DNA from: Candidatus Latescibacterota bacterium
Lineage (GTDB): Bacteria; Latescibacterota; UBA2968; SICM01
Reading direction: 5' to 3'
DNA: 64,000 nucleotides
Assembly: GCA_965217865.1 (NCBI GenBank)
Contig: CBDCJO010000002.1
Coordinates: 4,480,001-4,544,000 of the forward strand
The position numbers and the translations under genes are program-made. The notes beneath the pieces were generated by a model. The model did not search any database. It was not told where the DNA came from and saw only the letters and a program-made list of their open reading frames with translations. Positions 21,040 through 31,487 of the stretch are shown here, piece by piece; the first letter of the stretch is position 1, and the number at the start of each line of letters is the position of its first letter.

Positions 21040-22033
21040 ATGAATACGAATTCTAAATACTTTGAAGTAAATCACGAATACTGGGATGAAGCGACGGAGA
21101 TTCATCTTAAGGGAAGCGAGACCTATCCCATCAAAGCCTTCAAATCTGGAAAGAGCACATTGTTTCCTTCCGACATAGAGGAAGTTGGTGACGTGAGAGG
21201 AAAGCAGATGCTGCATTTGCAATGTCACTTCGGATTGGACACTTTGTCGTGGGCACGACTTGGTGCGATAGTTACAGGCGTTGACTTTTCCGAGAAGTCA
21301 ATCGATGCGGCAAAATCCTTGAGCAAGGAAATCAATGTGCCCGCTGATTTCATTTGCTGCAACATCTATGACCTTCCCCATCATGAAAGTATTTGAACTT
21401 GGATACCCCTTCCTTTGGAAGGGGAGGAAAAGTTTAGCTTGCTGAGGGTAAGCTAAAAGGCTGTTTTGTCCGTACCGTAGTCGAAAAGGTAACTTCTAAA
21501 GTGATCAGAGGATATATTCGGTTTCATCTTCAAGAGCAGAAAGGGCCCCTACAGTTGGATCTGTTTGGGGAGGGGAGTGGTTAATGCCCCGCCCTTTGGG
21601 CGGGGTGATTTACTTGCAGGGAGAATTCGATATTGTCTACGCTTCATATGGTGTTCTTTATTGGCTGCCTGATTTGTCCAAATGGGCGGAGATCGTTTCT
21701 CGCTACGTGAAGGAAGGCGGATTCTTCTACCTAGCAGATGGGCATCCGTTTTGGGACGGGTGTATTGAAGATCTGGAGGACGGTGCCCGCCTTGAGGGCG
21801 ATTATTTTGCAAAGGGAGCGCAAAAATCAGAGCCGGGGTTCTTTGACTATGCCAATGAGGATGTAAAATCAACGGTGTCAGAATACGGCTGGAGATACAC
21901 TGTTTCAGGCGTTCTCAATGCTCTCATCCAGTCCGGAATGGCAATCGCATTTTTCAATGAATACCCAGCAATCAGTCCCGAAGGTACTCCCGCTCCCTAT
22001 CCGAAAAAGTTCACGCTGAAAGCTGTAAAGTAA
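21040..22033 (+). pseudogene. Class I SAM-dependent methyltransferase interrupted by a 229 bp insertion
   Basis: LHLQCHFGLDTLSWARLGA..GVDFS; removing 21385-21613 restores ..YDLPHH-LQGEFDIVYASYGVL in frame. Confidence 0.9.
21385..21613 (+). mobile_element. Non-autonomous, internally deleted IS200/IS605-family element
   Basis: Subterminal hairpins CCCCTTCC-ttt-GGAAGGGG and CCCCGCCC-ttt-GGGCGGGG; no target duplication; 21459-21584 encodes a TnpA-like C-terminal remnant GCFVRTVVEKVTSKVIRGYIRFH..QLDLF. Confidence 0.8.
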
Positions 22034-22152
22034 TTGCAAGTAAGATTGCGAGTAGATCCTCTCAAAAACTAAAATACAGATCAATGCTTTGTCGCACGCG
22101 GTATGTGCGCCCTGACCTCTATGACCGAGAGTGGCGCCGCCTATGCGACATC

Positions 22153-22241
22153 CGCTAACACACAGTTCACGGGCTTCGGTCGCTACGCTCCCTACTCCAC
22201 AAACCTGCTGCGCAGGCTTGCAGCCTGCGGGAACGTTAGGC
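22153..22241 (+). mobile_element. Integron attC site 2
   Basis: CGCTAAC..GTTAGGC; shares AGCCTGCGG(G)AACGTTAG with attC 1; TCCGCTAAC is the exact complement of GTTAGCGGA at 20911. Confidence 0.7.
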
Positions 22242-22350
22242 AACATGGGAAAACCCTGTTGGACATTGTTTCGGTATATCTCCGTCTATGCAGTAGATAT
22301 ACCGCATTTCTGCAGGATAATTGTAGTTAGGCCGCCCGATCATTCACACG

Positions 22351-22815
22351 ATGCAGGTACATATGCACTTGGATGAGATTGACCGTTCGATATCCACGTT
22401 CATGCATCGCTGGGGCATCCTTGCCTTACGCCTTTCGTTTGGAATCATCTTTATCTGGTTCGGCGTTCTCAAACCGCTTGGCCTGTCAGCGGCGGAGCCT
22501 CTTGTCATCGCAACGGTCCGTTGGCTGCCGTTATTCGATGGTCAGTTGTGGGTGACCATCATAGGGTGGTGGGAAGTTGCGACCGGGATAGCCTTTCTCT
22601 TTCGAAGGACGATCCGAGTCGCCATTGCGCTTCTGGCCTTACAGATGGTCGGGACATTCATGCCCTTGATCCTCCTGCCTGCAGTGACGTTCCAGGCCGG
22701 GCTTCTACCCTTTGGACCGACGGTGGAGGGTCAGTACATCATCAAGAACCTGATGATCATATCTGCAGCCCTGGTTATTGGTGGGACGGTCCGCAGAGGC
22801 GAAGAAGCGTCCTAA
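22351..22815 (+). CDS. DoxX/YkgB-like membrane protein in a gene cassette
   Basis: LRLSFGIIFIWFGVLK, PTVEGQYIIKNL; stop TAA lies within TCCTAAC; GTTAGGC at 22326. Confidence 0.85.
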   Translation: MQVHMHLDEIDRSISTFMHRWGILALRLSFGIIFIWFGVLKPLGLSAAEPLVIATVRWLPLFDGQLWVTIIGWWEVATGIAFLFRRTIRVAIALLALQMVGTFMPLILLPAVTFQAGLLPFGPTVEGQYIIKNLMIISAALVIGGTVRRGEEAS

Positions 22816-23074
22816 CAATCAACAGCTATCGCGGTCACGGCAGAGACAGGCGAACCAGTAGGGTTTTTAGTTTCAGGCCCTTATGTCCTTTTTTTGATCG
22901 TGGGTCCAGATTGTCAAGCAAAACAAAGGCCCTTGTTCCTCAACCACTTGCTCTCTTCAGACCAATTGTGCTCTATAAATTGCTTGACATTACAATACAC
23001 CAATTTTAAGCTTCCGCCTTACCTAACCATACCGCATACCGCACGCATTTACCGTCTTGAAAGGAGGATGTAAA

Positions 23075-23445
23075 ATGGGCTGCTATAACTCAACGGTCGT
23101 AAACGCTCCGGTCGAAAAAGTGTGGGCGGCACTGAGAGATTTTCATAACCTATCCTGTTTGCCGAACGTGGTAGAAGATGTAAAGAAAGTCGGAGATCCT
23201 TCTGGAACTCAAGTCGGGGCAAAAAGAGTTGTAAATGGCGTTTTTCACGAAACCCTTATTGCTCTCGACGATCACGATCGTGTCCTTCGATATACCATCG
23301 ATGACGGTCCGGATGCGGTTTCAAAGGACAACGTTCAGGGATATATCGGTGAAGTCCGCGCATATCCCGTAACCGAGGATTCTTCGAATTTTGTGACCCG
23401 ATCTACAAAGCTTTGCTGGGTGATCTCAAGAAGACGTTCTCTTGA
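23075..23445 (+). pseudogene. SRPBCC/polyketide cyclase family protein with internal deletion/frameshift near 23385
   Basis: MGCYNSTVVNAPVEKVWAALRDFH; expected C-terminus EFCDPIYKALLGDLKKTFS* is in another frame. Confidence 0.75.
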
Positions 23446-23692
23446 CCTGACGTGGATTGGCACCTATGTCTTTGAAACCTCTTCAGCGGTCCATAATTTT
23501 ACGATGCGCAAAGGATGTGGCCTCAGAATTTGCTTGACACAGGGGGCGATGAAGCTTATAATTTGAACCGGTTGGCCTGAAAAAAAACAATATCAGAACT
23601 TGCAGATTTTGCCATACCAACCCAAAAGGCATCTGCTAACTCACGATAACGTCGCAGGGCGGTTCGCTATCGAGAATTAGCAGATTTTTTTT

Positions 23693-25924
23693 ATGAAACT
23701 GATCGAACCCATATCCGAGGACTTAAAACAGAAGATCGAACGCCACCTGCCCCCAGGGGAGGAGGAGCTGATCCGCGTCTCTACGGATATGTTAGAGGAC
23801 GGGACTTTCGGGAATCAGTGGGTGGTGGTCACCAGGGAGCGCGTCCTGGTCGTCCCCTCGAACGGGGAGGACGGTGTGGCAAACCTCCCGGTGCGAGATC
23901 TCCAAGCGGCACGGACCGAAGCCCTGGTGGGTGGTTCTCAGCTGGAGATCGAAAGAAAGACAGAACCTACTATCCGAGTTACCTATTCCAGCTCCCTGGG
24001 CCCCAAGTTCTCCGAAGTGGCACGCGGGATCGAGCAGCTTCGCCAGGGAAAACCGTTCCAGATCAACCCGGAACTTGACCGTACGCGCTGCGAAAAATGC
24101 GGCCGTCTGCTTCCGGAGAAGAACGGCATCTGCCCGGCGTGCATCCACCGCCTGGCAACTCTGGGTCGAATCGCCGTATACCTGAAGCCCTACAAAAGCC
24201 TTGCGGTAATCCTTGCGGTCGCATCGATCCTGACCACGGTATTCGAATTGATTCCCCCACTTATTACCAGGCGGATTGTGGACGAAGTGCTGGTTCCGAA
24301 GGCGGGCCCGGTTTTGGGTGGAGAGGATCGGGTATGGCTCCTGGGCGTACTGGTCCTGGGGCTTGTCGGTGTGCGGCTCCTTACCTGGGGTGCGGAATGG
24401 ATGCACGGCTGGACCAATACCTGGCTCACTTCCCGGGTGACCGCGGATATCCGCAGCCAGCTATACAAAAGATTGGAGCTGCTCTCTCTGCAGTTCTACG
24501 ATAAACGACAAGTCGGGGCGTTGATGTCCCGGGTTACGCGAGACAGCGGCCGCTTACAGGACTTCCTCGTGGATGGGCTGCCTTATCTCTTCATCAACGG
24601 GTTGATGTTCATCGGGATCCTTTTCGCCCTCTTCTTAATGAGCTGGAAACTGACGCTCTATGTGCTGGTTCCGATTCCCCTGATCCTGGTTTGGGGGATG
24701 GTGTTCTTGAAGCGGATGCGTCGGCTTTTCAACCGCTGGATGCAGGCCTGGTCGGATGCCATGTCCCGTGTCAACGAGTCCCTTACGGGCATTCGAGTGG
24801 TGAAGGCTTTCGCTCAGGAGAATCGGGAGATCGAGGTATTCGGCAAGTACAATTCTGATATCACTCGTATCGCGGTTAGGACGGAGATCAATCGCGCGGT
24901 TTTTTTCACTACCATGACCTTTCTCGTGGGTCTGGGGGTGCTGGTGGTCTGGTTGTTCGGGGGATGGGAGGTCATTGAAGGTGAGATGACCCTGGGCACG
25001 CTCCTGGCTTTTTACAGCTATATGTGGCTCCTCTATGGGCCTCTGGAATGGTTCGGAATGGTCAACAGCTGGATGACCCACGCCTTCGCCGGGGCTGAAC
25101 GAATCTTTGAGATCATCGATGCGCCCCCCGAGGGCTATGAAGATCCGGATTCACTTCCTCTGTCCGATATCAAAAAGGGGATCAGATTTCGGGACGTTAC
25201 CTTCGGATACGACAAGAGCAAACCGGTGCTGCACGATATCCATCTCAACGTCGCCGCAGGCGAGATGATAGGACTGGTCGGTAAATCCGGGGTCGGCAAG
25301 ACCACCATGGTGAACCTGATTTGCCGATTCTACGATGTGGATCACGGCGAAATCGAGATCGACGGTCAGGACATTCGGAAAATCCGTTTGAAGGACCTTC
25401 GAGGCCGGATCGGCATCGTGCCTCAGGAGCCATTCCTGTTCAGCGGAACGATCGCCGAGAACATCTCCTATGGAAGGCCCGGGGTGAATTTCGATGAGAT
25501 CGTGGGTGCCGCAAAGTCGGCGAACGCACACGCGTTTATCGTAGCCAAACCGGACGGATATGACTCGCAGGTGGGGGAACGGGGAGGTCAGCTCTCGGGG
25601 GGGGAGCGTCAGCGGATCGCGATCGCCCGGGCAATTCTTCACGACCCGAAGGTCCTGGTCCTGGACGAGGCCACTTCATCCGTGGATACAGCCACCGAGA
25701 AGCAGATCCAGGAAGCCATCGGCAGGCTGGTGAAGGGACGGACGACGTTTGCGATCGCCCACCGGCTCTCGACCTTGAGGAACGCTCAACGGCTGGTGAT
25801 GCTCGATGGAGGGCGGATCGTGGAGATGGGCACCCACGAAGCGTTGATGGAAAAGCGGGGGGCTTTCTACAACCTGGTGATGTTGCAGCGAGAGATGTCG
25901 GAGATGATCGCCGTAAAGGAGTAG
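23693..25924 (+). CDS. ABC exporter (TMD+NBD) with N-terminal extension and CxxC..CPxC motif
   Basis: GKSGVGKTT, LSGGERQR, LDEATSS; RCEKCG..ICPAC. Confidence 0.93.
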   Translation: MKLIEPISEDLKQKIERHLPPGEEELIRVSTDMLEDGTFGNQWVVVTRERVLVVPSNGEDGVANLPVRDLQAARTEALVGGSQLEIERKTEPTIRVTYSSSLGPKFSEVARGIEQLRQGKPFQINPELDRTRCEKCGRLLPEKNGICPACIHRLATLGRIAVYLKPYKSLAVILAVASILTTVFELIPPLITRRIVDEVLVPKAGPVLGGEDRVWLLGVLVLGLVGVRLLTWGAEWMHGWTNTWLTSRVTADIRSQLYKRLELLSLQFYDKRQVGALMSRVTRDSGRLQDFLVDGLPYLFINGLMFIGILFALFLMSWKLTLYVLVPIPLILVWGMVFLKRMRRLFNRWMQAWSDAMSRVNESLTGIRVVKAFAQENREIEVFGKYNSDITRIAVRTEINRAVFFTTMTFLVGLGVLVVWLFGGWEVIEGEMTLGTLLAFYSYMWLLYGPLEWFGMVNSWMTHAFAGAERIFEIIDAPPEGYEDPDSLPLSDIKKGIRFRDVTFGYDKSKPVLHDIHLNVAAGEMIGLVGKSGVGKTTMVNLICRFYDVDHGEIEIDGQDIRKIRLKDLRGRIGIVPQEPFLFSGTIAENISYGRPGVNFDEIVGAAKSANAHAFIVAKPDGYDSQVGERGGQLSGGERQRIAIARAILHDPKVLVLDEATSSVDTATEKQIQEAIGRLVKGRTTFAIAHRLSTLRNAQRLVMLDGGRIVEMGTHEALMEKRGAFYNLVMLQREMSEMIAVKE

Positions 25925-26049
25925 ACAAACGGTGAGGGTTGGGAGAAACGTGTTGAGAGGTGATGAGTAATTGGTGAGGCAAAATTTGTGAGAAGTGATA
26001 GGTGAGTGGCTATACAAACATTTACCAATCACCACTCACGAGGTTTTCT

Positions 26050-28287
26050 ATGGTTTCAACAAATCCTTTCATTGAAAATTTGCCGCCCGTCATCAAGGAC
26101 AAGCTCCAAAGGGTTAAACCGCCCGAGGAACCTGTTCTTATTCAGGTCGCCACCGATATGGCCGATGAAAGGTCTTTTGGGGAGCAGTGGTTGGTGGTGA
26201 CGGGAAAGCGACTGCTTGTCATCCCACCCGATGGGGCAGACGGAACCGTAGAGGTTCCGATTCCGGATGTGAAGACGGTCAAGGCCGAAGAGCTGGTAGG
26301 CGGGGGAAGGCTTGAATTAGAACGGAAGGTGGGGTGTGTGTCCACCCTCCACTATTCCCGCTCTCTTGCGCCCAAGTTCGCTGAGGTGGCAGAGGGGATT
26401 CGACAGCTATCCCAGGGGGAGTCCCTTTCTCTGCCGACGGAGGTGGCTCAAAACAGGTGCTCAAGATGTGGAAGCCTGCTTCCGGAAAGGGACGGGATAT
26501 GTCCGGCTTGTGTGAAGAAGTTGGATACTTTTATGCGAATCCTGGGCTATATGATGGCTTATAAAGGCCGAATGGCCTTGATGGTTATTCTTACTGTAAT
26601 CGGCACGGTACTGGAGTTGATCCCGCCGAAGATTACACAGTATATCATCGATGACGTGCTCACCCCCGGGACACACGGCGTTCTCCTGGTCTGGTTTGTC
26701 CTCGCGCTTCTGGGGATCAACGCATTGTCCTGGGCCACCCAGGTGGGAAAGAGATGGCTGAGTCGATGGCTGGGGCATCGGTCGATTCAGGAGGTTCGGG
26801 GGGAACTCTACGGCCAGTTTCAGTTCCTTCCTTTGCGGTTCTACGACCGGCGGCGGGTGGGTGCCCTGATATCCACTATGACGAACGACTCGGACCGGCT
26901 GGAAACTTACATGGTCATGGATATGCCTTTTATCCTTTCCAATTCCATGAAGTTCATTGGGATCCTTTTTTTCTTATTTCTCACCAACTGGGAGTTGACG
27001 CTTCTGGTCCTGCTCCCTGTTCCCCCGATTGTGCTGGTCGGAAGTCTCATGTGGAACCGATTGATGAGATTCTGGCGACTCTGGGGAGGCAAGTGGTCCC
27101 GGCTCAGCTCTCAGCTCAACGAGTCGATTACGGGAATCCGTGTGGTCAAGGCCTTCGCTCAGGAAGAGCGGGAGGGGAGGCGGTTCGATAAACACAACGA
27201 GGCGTTGAGGACGGTCAGCGTCAGCGGCGAACGGACCTGGTTCGTGTTCTTTACGGTTTCAAACTTTTTTATGAGCTGCGGGGTCTTCCTCGTCTGGTAC
27301 TTCGGCGGAGGACAGATCCTTCGGGAGGAGATGACGCTTGGGGAGTTGGTTGCGTTTATAAGCTACCTGTGGATGCTCTACGGGCCTCTTCAGTGGTTCG
27401 GGGATTATTATAATTTTATGCTTCGCGCTTTCGCCGGGGCGGAAAGGATCTTCGAGATCCTGGACTCCTCCAGGGAACAACCAGACGGCACCGAAGCTTT
27501 ACCGATGCCGCGAATGGAGGGCAGGGTGGTGTTTCGTAACACACAGTTCGGCTACGATCCGGGCAAGCCTGTGCTTAAAGGGATCGATCTCGATGTGGCG
27601 CCGGGGGAGATGATTGGCCTTGTGGGAAAATCGGGCGTGGGGAAGTCGACGATGATCAATCTGATCTGCCGGTTTTATGATCCTGACCGAGGCTGTGTGG
27701 AGATTGACGGGGTGGATATGCGCAATATCAGATTAAAGGATCTCCGTTCGCACATCGGAATGGTTCACCAGGAACCATTTTTGTTCGACGGAACGATCCT
27801 GGAGAACATCGCGTATGGAAAATCAGATGCCCCGTTTAAGGAAGTGGTTCGCGCGGCCATGGCCGCGGAGGCTCATGAGTTTATCGTCCGCAAACCCGAC
27901 GGGTACGACACGATGGTCGGGGAAAGGGGGGGGAGGCTTTCCGGGGGCGAAAAGCAGCGGATTGCGATTGCCCGGGCGATTCTATCCGACCCAAAGATCC
28001 TGATCCTGGACGAGGCCACGTCCTCCGTCGACACCCAGACCGAGAAGAGGATCCAGGAGGCCATTGCCCGACTGGTGAAAGGCCGGACAACCTTTGCCAT
28101 CGCCCACCGGCTCTCTACGCTTCGAATCGCGGACAAGCTGGTCGTCATGGACGACGGGAAGATAGCTGAAATGGGCGCCCACGAGGAGCTGATGGCTCGC
28201 GAGGGGCTCTTTCATCGCCTCGTCAAGACGCAACAAGAGACGTCGGCGGTCGTTGCGGTGGGTGGGGGAAAAAATGAGGGGAAGTAA
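26050..28287 (+). CDS. Paralogous ABC exporter (TMD+NBD), same architecture
   Basis: GKSGVGKST, LSGGEKQR, LDEATSS; RCSRCG..ICPAC. Confidence 0.93.
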   Translation: MVSTNPFIENLPPVIKDKLQRVKPPEEPVLIQVATDMADERSFGEQWLVVTGKRLLVIPPDGADGTVEVPIPDVKTVKAEELVGGGRLELERKVGCVSTLHYSRSLAPKFAEVAEGIRQLSQGESLSLPTEVAQNRCSRCGSLLPERDGICPACVKKLDTFMRILGYMMAYKGRMALMVILTVIGTVLELIPPKITQYIIDDVLTPGTHGVLLVWFVLALLGINALSWATQVGKRWLSRWLGHRSIQEVRGELYGQFQFLPLRFYDRRRVGALISTMTNDSDRLETYMVMDMPFILSNSMKFIGILFFLFLTNWELTLLVLLPVPPIVLVGSLMWNRLMRFWRLWGGKWSRLSSQLNESITGIRVVKAFAQEEREGRRFDKHNEALRTVSVSGERTWFVFFTVSNFFMSCGVFLVWYFGGGQILREEMTLGELVAFISYLWMLYGPLQWFGDYYNFMLRAFAGAERIFEILDSSREQPDGTEALPMPRMEGRVVFRNTQFGYDPGKPVLKGIDLDVAPGEMIGLVGKSGVGKSTMINLICRFYDPDRGCVEIDGVDMRNIRLKDLRSHIGMVHQEPFLFDGTILENIAYGKSDAPFKEVVRAAMAAEAHEFIVRKPDGYDTMVGERGGRLSGGEKQRIAIARAILSDPKILILDEATSSVDTQTEKRIQEAIARLVKGRTTFAIAHRLSTLRIADKLVVMDDGKIAEMGAHEELMAREGLFHRLVKTQQETSAVVAVGGGKNEGK

Positions 28288-28325
28288 AACCGGTGGCGGG
28301 AATTGAAGGAACTGGGAAAGAGACT

Positions 28326-28889
28326 ATGGCGTCGGATCAAAAGGAAATCAAGACCTCTGAAGAGGATGAGAAAAAACACGCGGTCACCCCGATCGAGGTG
28401 ACTCACCCCGTAAGCGTGGATCCAGGGGACATCCGGATCCACCGGATTCCGGAGTGGCGGACTCGAATGACGATCGAAGGAGATCGTTCCTACCTCAAGG
28501 TAAAGATCGTGCGTGCGGCCCCTCTGTCCAATCCATCGAAGTATATCTGCTTCCTGGACGCGAAGGATGAGGTCATCTGCATGGTCGAGAGTTTGGAAGA
28601 TCTGGATGGGGAATCCCGAATCATCGTGCGAGAAGAACTCGACAGGAGATACATAACTGCCACGGTGAAGCGGATCTTGTCGGTGAGGAATGAATTCGGG
28701 GTCTCATACTGGGAAGTTAAGACGGACCGGGGGGATAGGGAATTCGTGGTCAAGGGGGTGTCTGAGAACGCACAGTGGCTTGGGGAGCGCCGCCTCCTGC
28801 TGGTCGACGTGGACGGCAACCGATTCGAAATACCCGATCTGGATGGGCTCGACAAGCAAAGCCTGGGTTATATTGAGCAGGTCATTTAA
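28326..28889 (+). CDS. DUF1854 domain protein
   Basis: VRAAPLSNPSKYI, EELDRRY, YWEVKTDRG, LLVDVDGNRFEIPD..LDKQS. Confidence 0.8.
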   Translation: MASDQKEIKTSEEDEKKHAVTPIEVTHPVSVDPGDIRIHRIPEWRTRMTIEGDRSYLKVKIVRAAPLSNPSKYICFLDAKDEVICMVESLEDLDGESRIIVREELDRRYITATVKRILSVRNEFGVSYWEVKTDRGDREFVVKGVSENAQWLGERRLLLVDVDGNRFEIPDLDGLDKQSLGYIEQVI

Positions 28890-28892
28890 GGA

Positions 28893-28980
28893 AATTGAAT
28901 ATTGAAAATTGAATATTGGAGGACCAAAAAGAAATCGTGAATTGTTCAAATATTCAATTCTCCGATATTCAATATTCAAT
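28893..28980. repeat. Inverted heptamer element, family B, copy 2
   Basis: ATTGAAT/ATTGAAA/ATTGAAT arm, GGACCAAAAAGAAATC core, TTCAAATATTCAATTCTCCGATATTCAATATTCAAT arm; between convergent genes. Confidence 0.8.
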
Positions 28981-28998
28981 GGCTCTCTGCTTTACGCT

Positions 28999-29856
28999 TC
29001 ACGTTCTTTTATGATTTTCCGGCCTGAGCTTTTCCCACTCCATCAGGAAGTCTTTAAGGTGAGCGCGATGCGCCTTTTCCGATTCCCCCTGCAGCATATC
29101 CTGCAAGAGGAGCTGCTCCACTTCAAACTGTTCCGGGGATAAAAGCCCTCCGAAGTGCGCAAGACGCAGCCAGAGCAGATAGGTTGCCAGGGCGTCGAAT
29201 TCATTGTAGGCGATGATCTTATCGAGCTCACCGTCGAGCCACAGGGGGGCCACTTCGTGGCCGGCGTGACGGATCTTTCCCGGGATCCCACAAACCGTAA
29301 CCATCTCGTTCAGGGAGGGGGTGGACTTCCCCCATCCCCCGACAATTTCCATCAGGTCTATGTTCCATTCGCTCCCCCTGGCGAAGTAATCGGGCCCTTC
29401 CCAGGGTTTGTCAGGACGCGTGCAGAATTCGGGAGAGCGGATGCCGTTCGCAACTGCCCTCTGGATCAGGATCTTGAGATCGGCCGAGATGGAGTTGAAC
29501 CCGACAAGCTGGGGTTTGCTCCGGCCGATTGCATCCAGGAAGGTTTTCAGGATGTTGGCTTCGGCCGTCTGTTCCGTATCCCCGATATCCCGGGGCAAGG
29601 AAAGCAGATGCAGCTTTGTCCCCTCATCCTTCTTCACCGTGCGTACAACGGTCGATATGGAGACGACGCGACAGAGTACGGTCTTGATGTAGGGCATGGG
29701 GTCATCCCGGGTCGCGCCTCCCTTTTCCCACATGACCCGGATCACCTCTTCGTCCGAAGCCGTCTCAGGGAGTTTATAAAGCACGCGTCCCGAGGCGGGG
29801 TCGGGGATCCATTCTACATCAAAGGCCCAAACCTGGTCGAGGATTCTTTTGAACAT
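28999..29856 (-). CDS. PolB-like 3'-5' exonuclease
   Basis: WAFDVEW, LVGFNS..D, IDLME, GIPGK, YNEFDAL (DEDD-type motifs); probable start MFKRILDQ. Confidence 0.85.
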   Translation of the reverse strand: MFKRILDQVWAFDVEWIPDPASGRVLYKLPETASDEEVIRVMWEKGGATRDDPMPYIKTVLCRVVSISTVVRTVKKDEGTKLHLLSLPRDIGDTEQTAEANILKTFLDAIGRSKPQLVGFNSISADLKILIQRAVANGIRSPEFCTRPDKPWEGPDYFARGSEWNIDLMEIVGGWGKSTPSLNEMVTVCGIPGKIRHAGHEVAPLWLDGELDKIIAYNEFDALATYLLWLRLAHFGGLLSPEQFEVEQLLLQDMLQGESEKAHRAHLKDFLMEWEKLRPENHKRT

Positions 29857-29947
29857 CGCTCTTTTAGAGAGTGAAAAAAGTATGAAAACATGGAAGTGGG
29901 GAATTACGGGAATAGATCGTATTTTCAACACTCCGCAATTCCGCACG

Positions 29948-31429
29948 CTATCCCTGTCTTTCCCCCGCCATAACCCCCTCCGCACGCTTCTTCCACTTTT
30001 CGTAGTTGGGTGAAAGGGTGAGGGCCCCGTCAGGCTGAGGGACCAGTTCGCCGTTCACACCACGTAGATCCCCCCGAGCTTCATTGACCCGTGCAAGGCG
30101 TTTCCGCCAGGGTTTAATCCGGGATTCATATTCGGGAAGGCAGGACAGATCTTTGCACTCCAACGGGTCCTCCTCCAGGATGAAGAATTGCTCCCGGCCC
30201 GTGTGGTGAAACCAGATATACTTCTCCCGCCCGTCGGTGACGTACTGCATGCCGTGTTTTTTCCCGTAGCAGAATGTGTGTTCTCCCTGCACAAATTCTC
30301 GCCATCCTCCAGTCTCGCCTCTGGACAACGTCAGCAGGCTTTTTCCGTCGACCGAACCGGGGATGTCAACTCCCGCGGCGTCGAGGAATGTAGGCATGAT
30401 GTCGCGGAGCTCGATCGGCTGGTCGAAGACCCGGTTGCGCGGGAAGGACCAGGCGGCGGGGTATCTCATGAGGAAGGGGACTCGTGCTGAGCCTTCGTAG
30501 GCGTATGTCTTCCGCCAGTGATAGTGATCACCCATCATGTCTCCATGGTCGGAGGTGAAGAGGATGAGGGTGTTGGCATAAGCATCGGGGTCGTGCCGCG
30601 TCAGTTCATAGAGAAAGCGTCCGATCTGGTGGTCGATGAAGGTGATGTTCCCGTAATAGCCCGCGCGAGCTCTGTGGACCTCCGCGTCGCTCCGGTGGGT
30701 CCGAGCGGCGTTGACGTCGGCGATCTTCCGATCGAATTCGGATGCCCAGTCGCCTATTGCGGGTTTGGGAACATCCCGATTGTTGACGTACATGTCATAA
30801 TAAACCTGAGGTGAATCGTAGGGTGAGTGGGGCCTGGCGAAGGACAACCAGATGAAAAAGGGCCTGGTGGGATCCCGATTCTGGAGGAATTTGATACCTT
30901 CGCCCGCGGTCCAGTGAGTGGGGTGGAGGTGCTCTTGAAGGTGGCTGGGCCTTGCCATCCAGCTGTTCCAGTCGATGCTGTGATCCCTGTAGCCGTAAGC
31001 GCCTTCTTTATGTTCTTCGAACCAGAGGTGGTAGTCGCTGATAAATTTACCCTGGCGTCGTCCACTTTCGTCCAGGACCAGGTGGTGGAAACCGTATAGC
31101 CTGCGCTGGGGGGAGTGATGCATTTTGCCCACGGCCTGAGTGTGGTATCCGGCCTTTGCCAGTTCTCCCGGCAGGGTCGCCGGATACTCGAGTGCGTCGC
31201 CCCCGGTCATGGTGAGGCGGCCGTGGTTCCACTGGTCCATCCCGGTCAGGATGGCCGCGCGGGCAGGGGTACAGGAAGGCACCGCCGTGTAGGCGTGGTT
31301 GAAGCGGACGCCCTGTTCGGCAAGTTCATCCAGATAAGGGGTCTCGAGCACCGGATGCCCGTCACATCCGAGGCAGTCCCCGCGCTGCTGATCCGTAGTG
31401 ATCAATATCAGGTTCGGTCGTGTTGGCAT
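29948..31429 (-). CDS. Arylsulfatase (Cys-type sulfatase)
   Basis: PNLILITTDQQR, SCTPARAAILTG (CxPxR), GKMH, TSDHG. Confidence 0.93.
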   Translation of the reverse strand: MPTRPNLILITTDQQRGDCLGCDGHPVLETPYLDELAEQGVRFNHAYTAVPSCTPARAAILTGMDQWNHGRLTMTGGDALEYPATLPGELAKAGYHTQAVGKMHHSPQRRLYGFHHLVLDESGRRQGKFISDYHLWFEEHKEGAYGYRDHSIDWNSWMARPSHLQEHLHPTHWTAGEGIKFLQNRDPTRPFFIWLSFARPHSPYDSPQVYYDMYVNNRDVPKPAIGDWASEFDRKIADVNAARTHRSDAEVHRARAGYYGNITFIDHQIGRFLYELTRHDPDAYANTLILFTSDHGDMMGDHYHWRKTYAYEGSARVPFLMRYPAAWSFPRNRVFDQPIELRDIMPTFLDAAGVDIPGSVDGKSLLTLSRGETGGWREFVQGEHTFCYGKKHGMQYVTDGREKYIWFHHTGREQFFILEEDPLECKDLSCLPEYESRIKPWRKRLARVNEARGDLRGVNGELVPQPDGALTLSPNYEKWKKRAEGVMAGERQG

Positions 31430-31487
31430 TCTGAAAGTCCTATGTGTCACAGATGACCGATAGCGGTTTATCTATCCGCGACCCATC

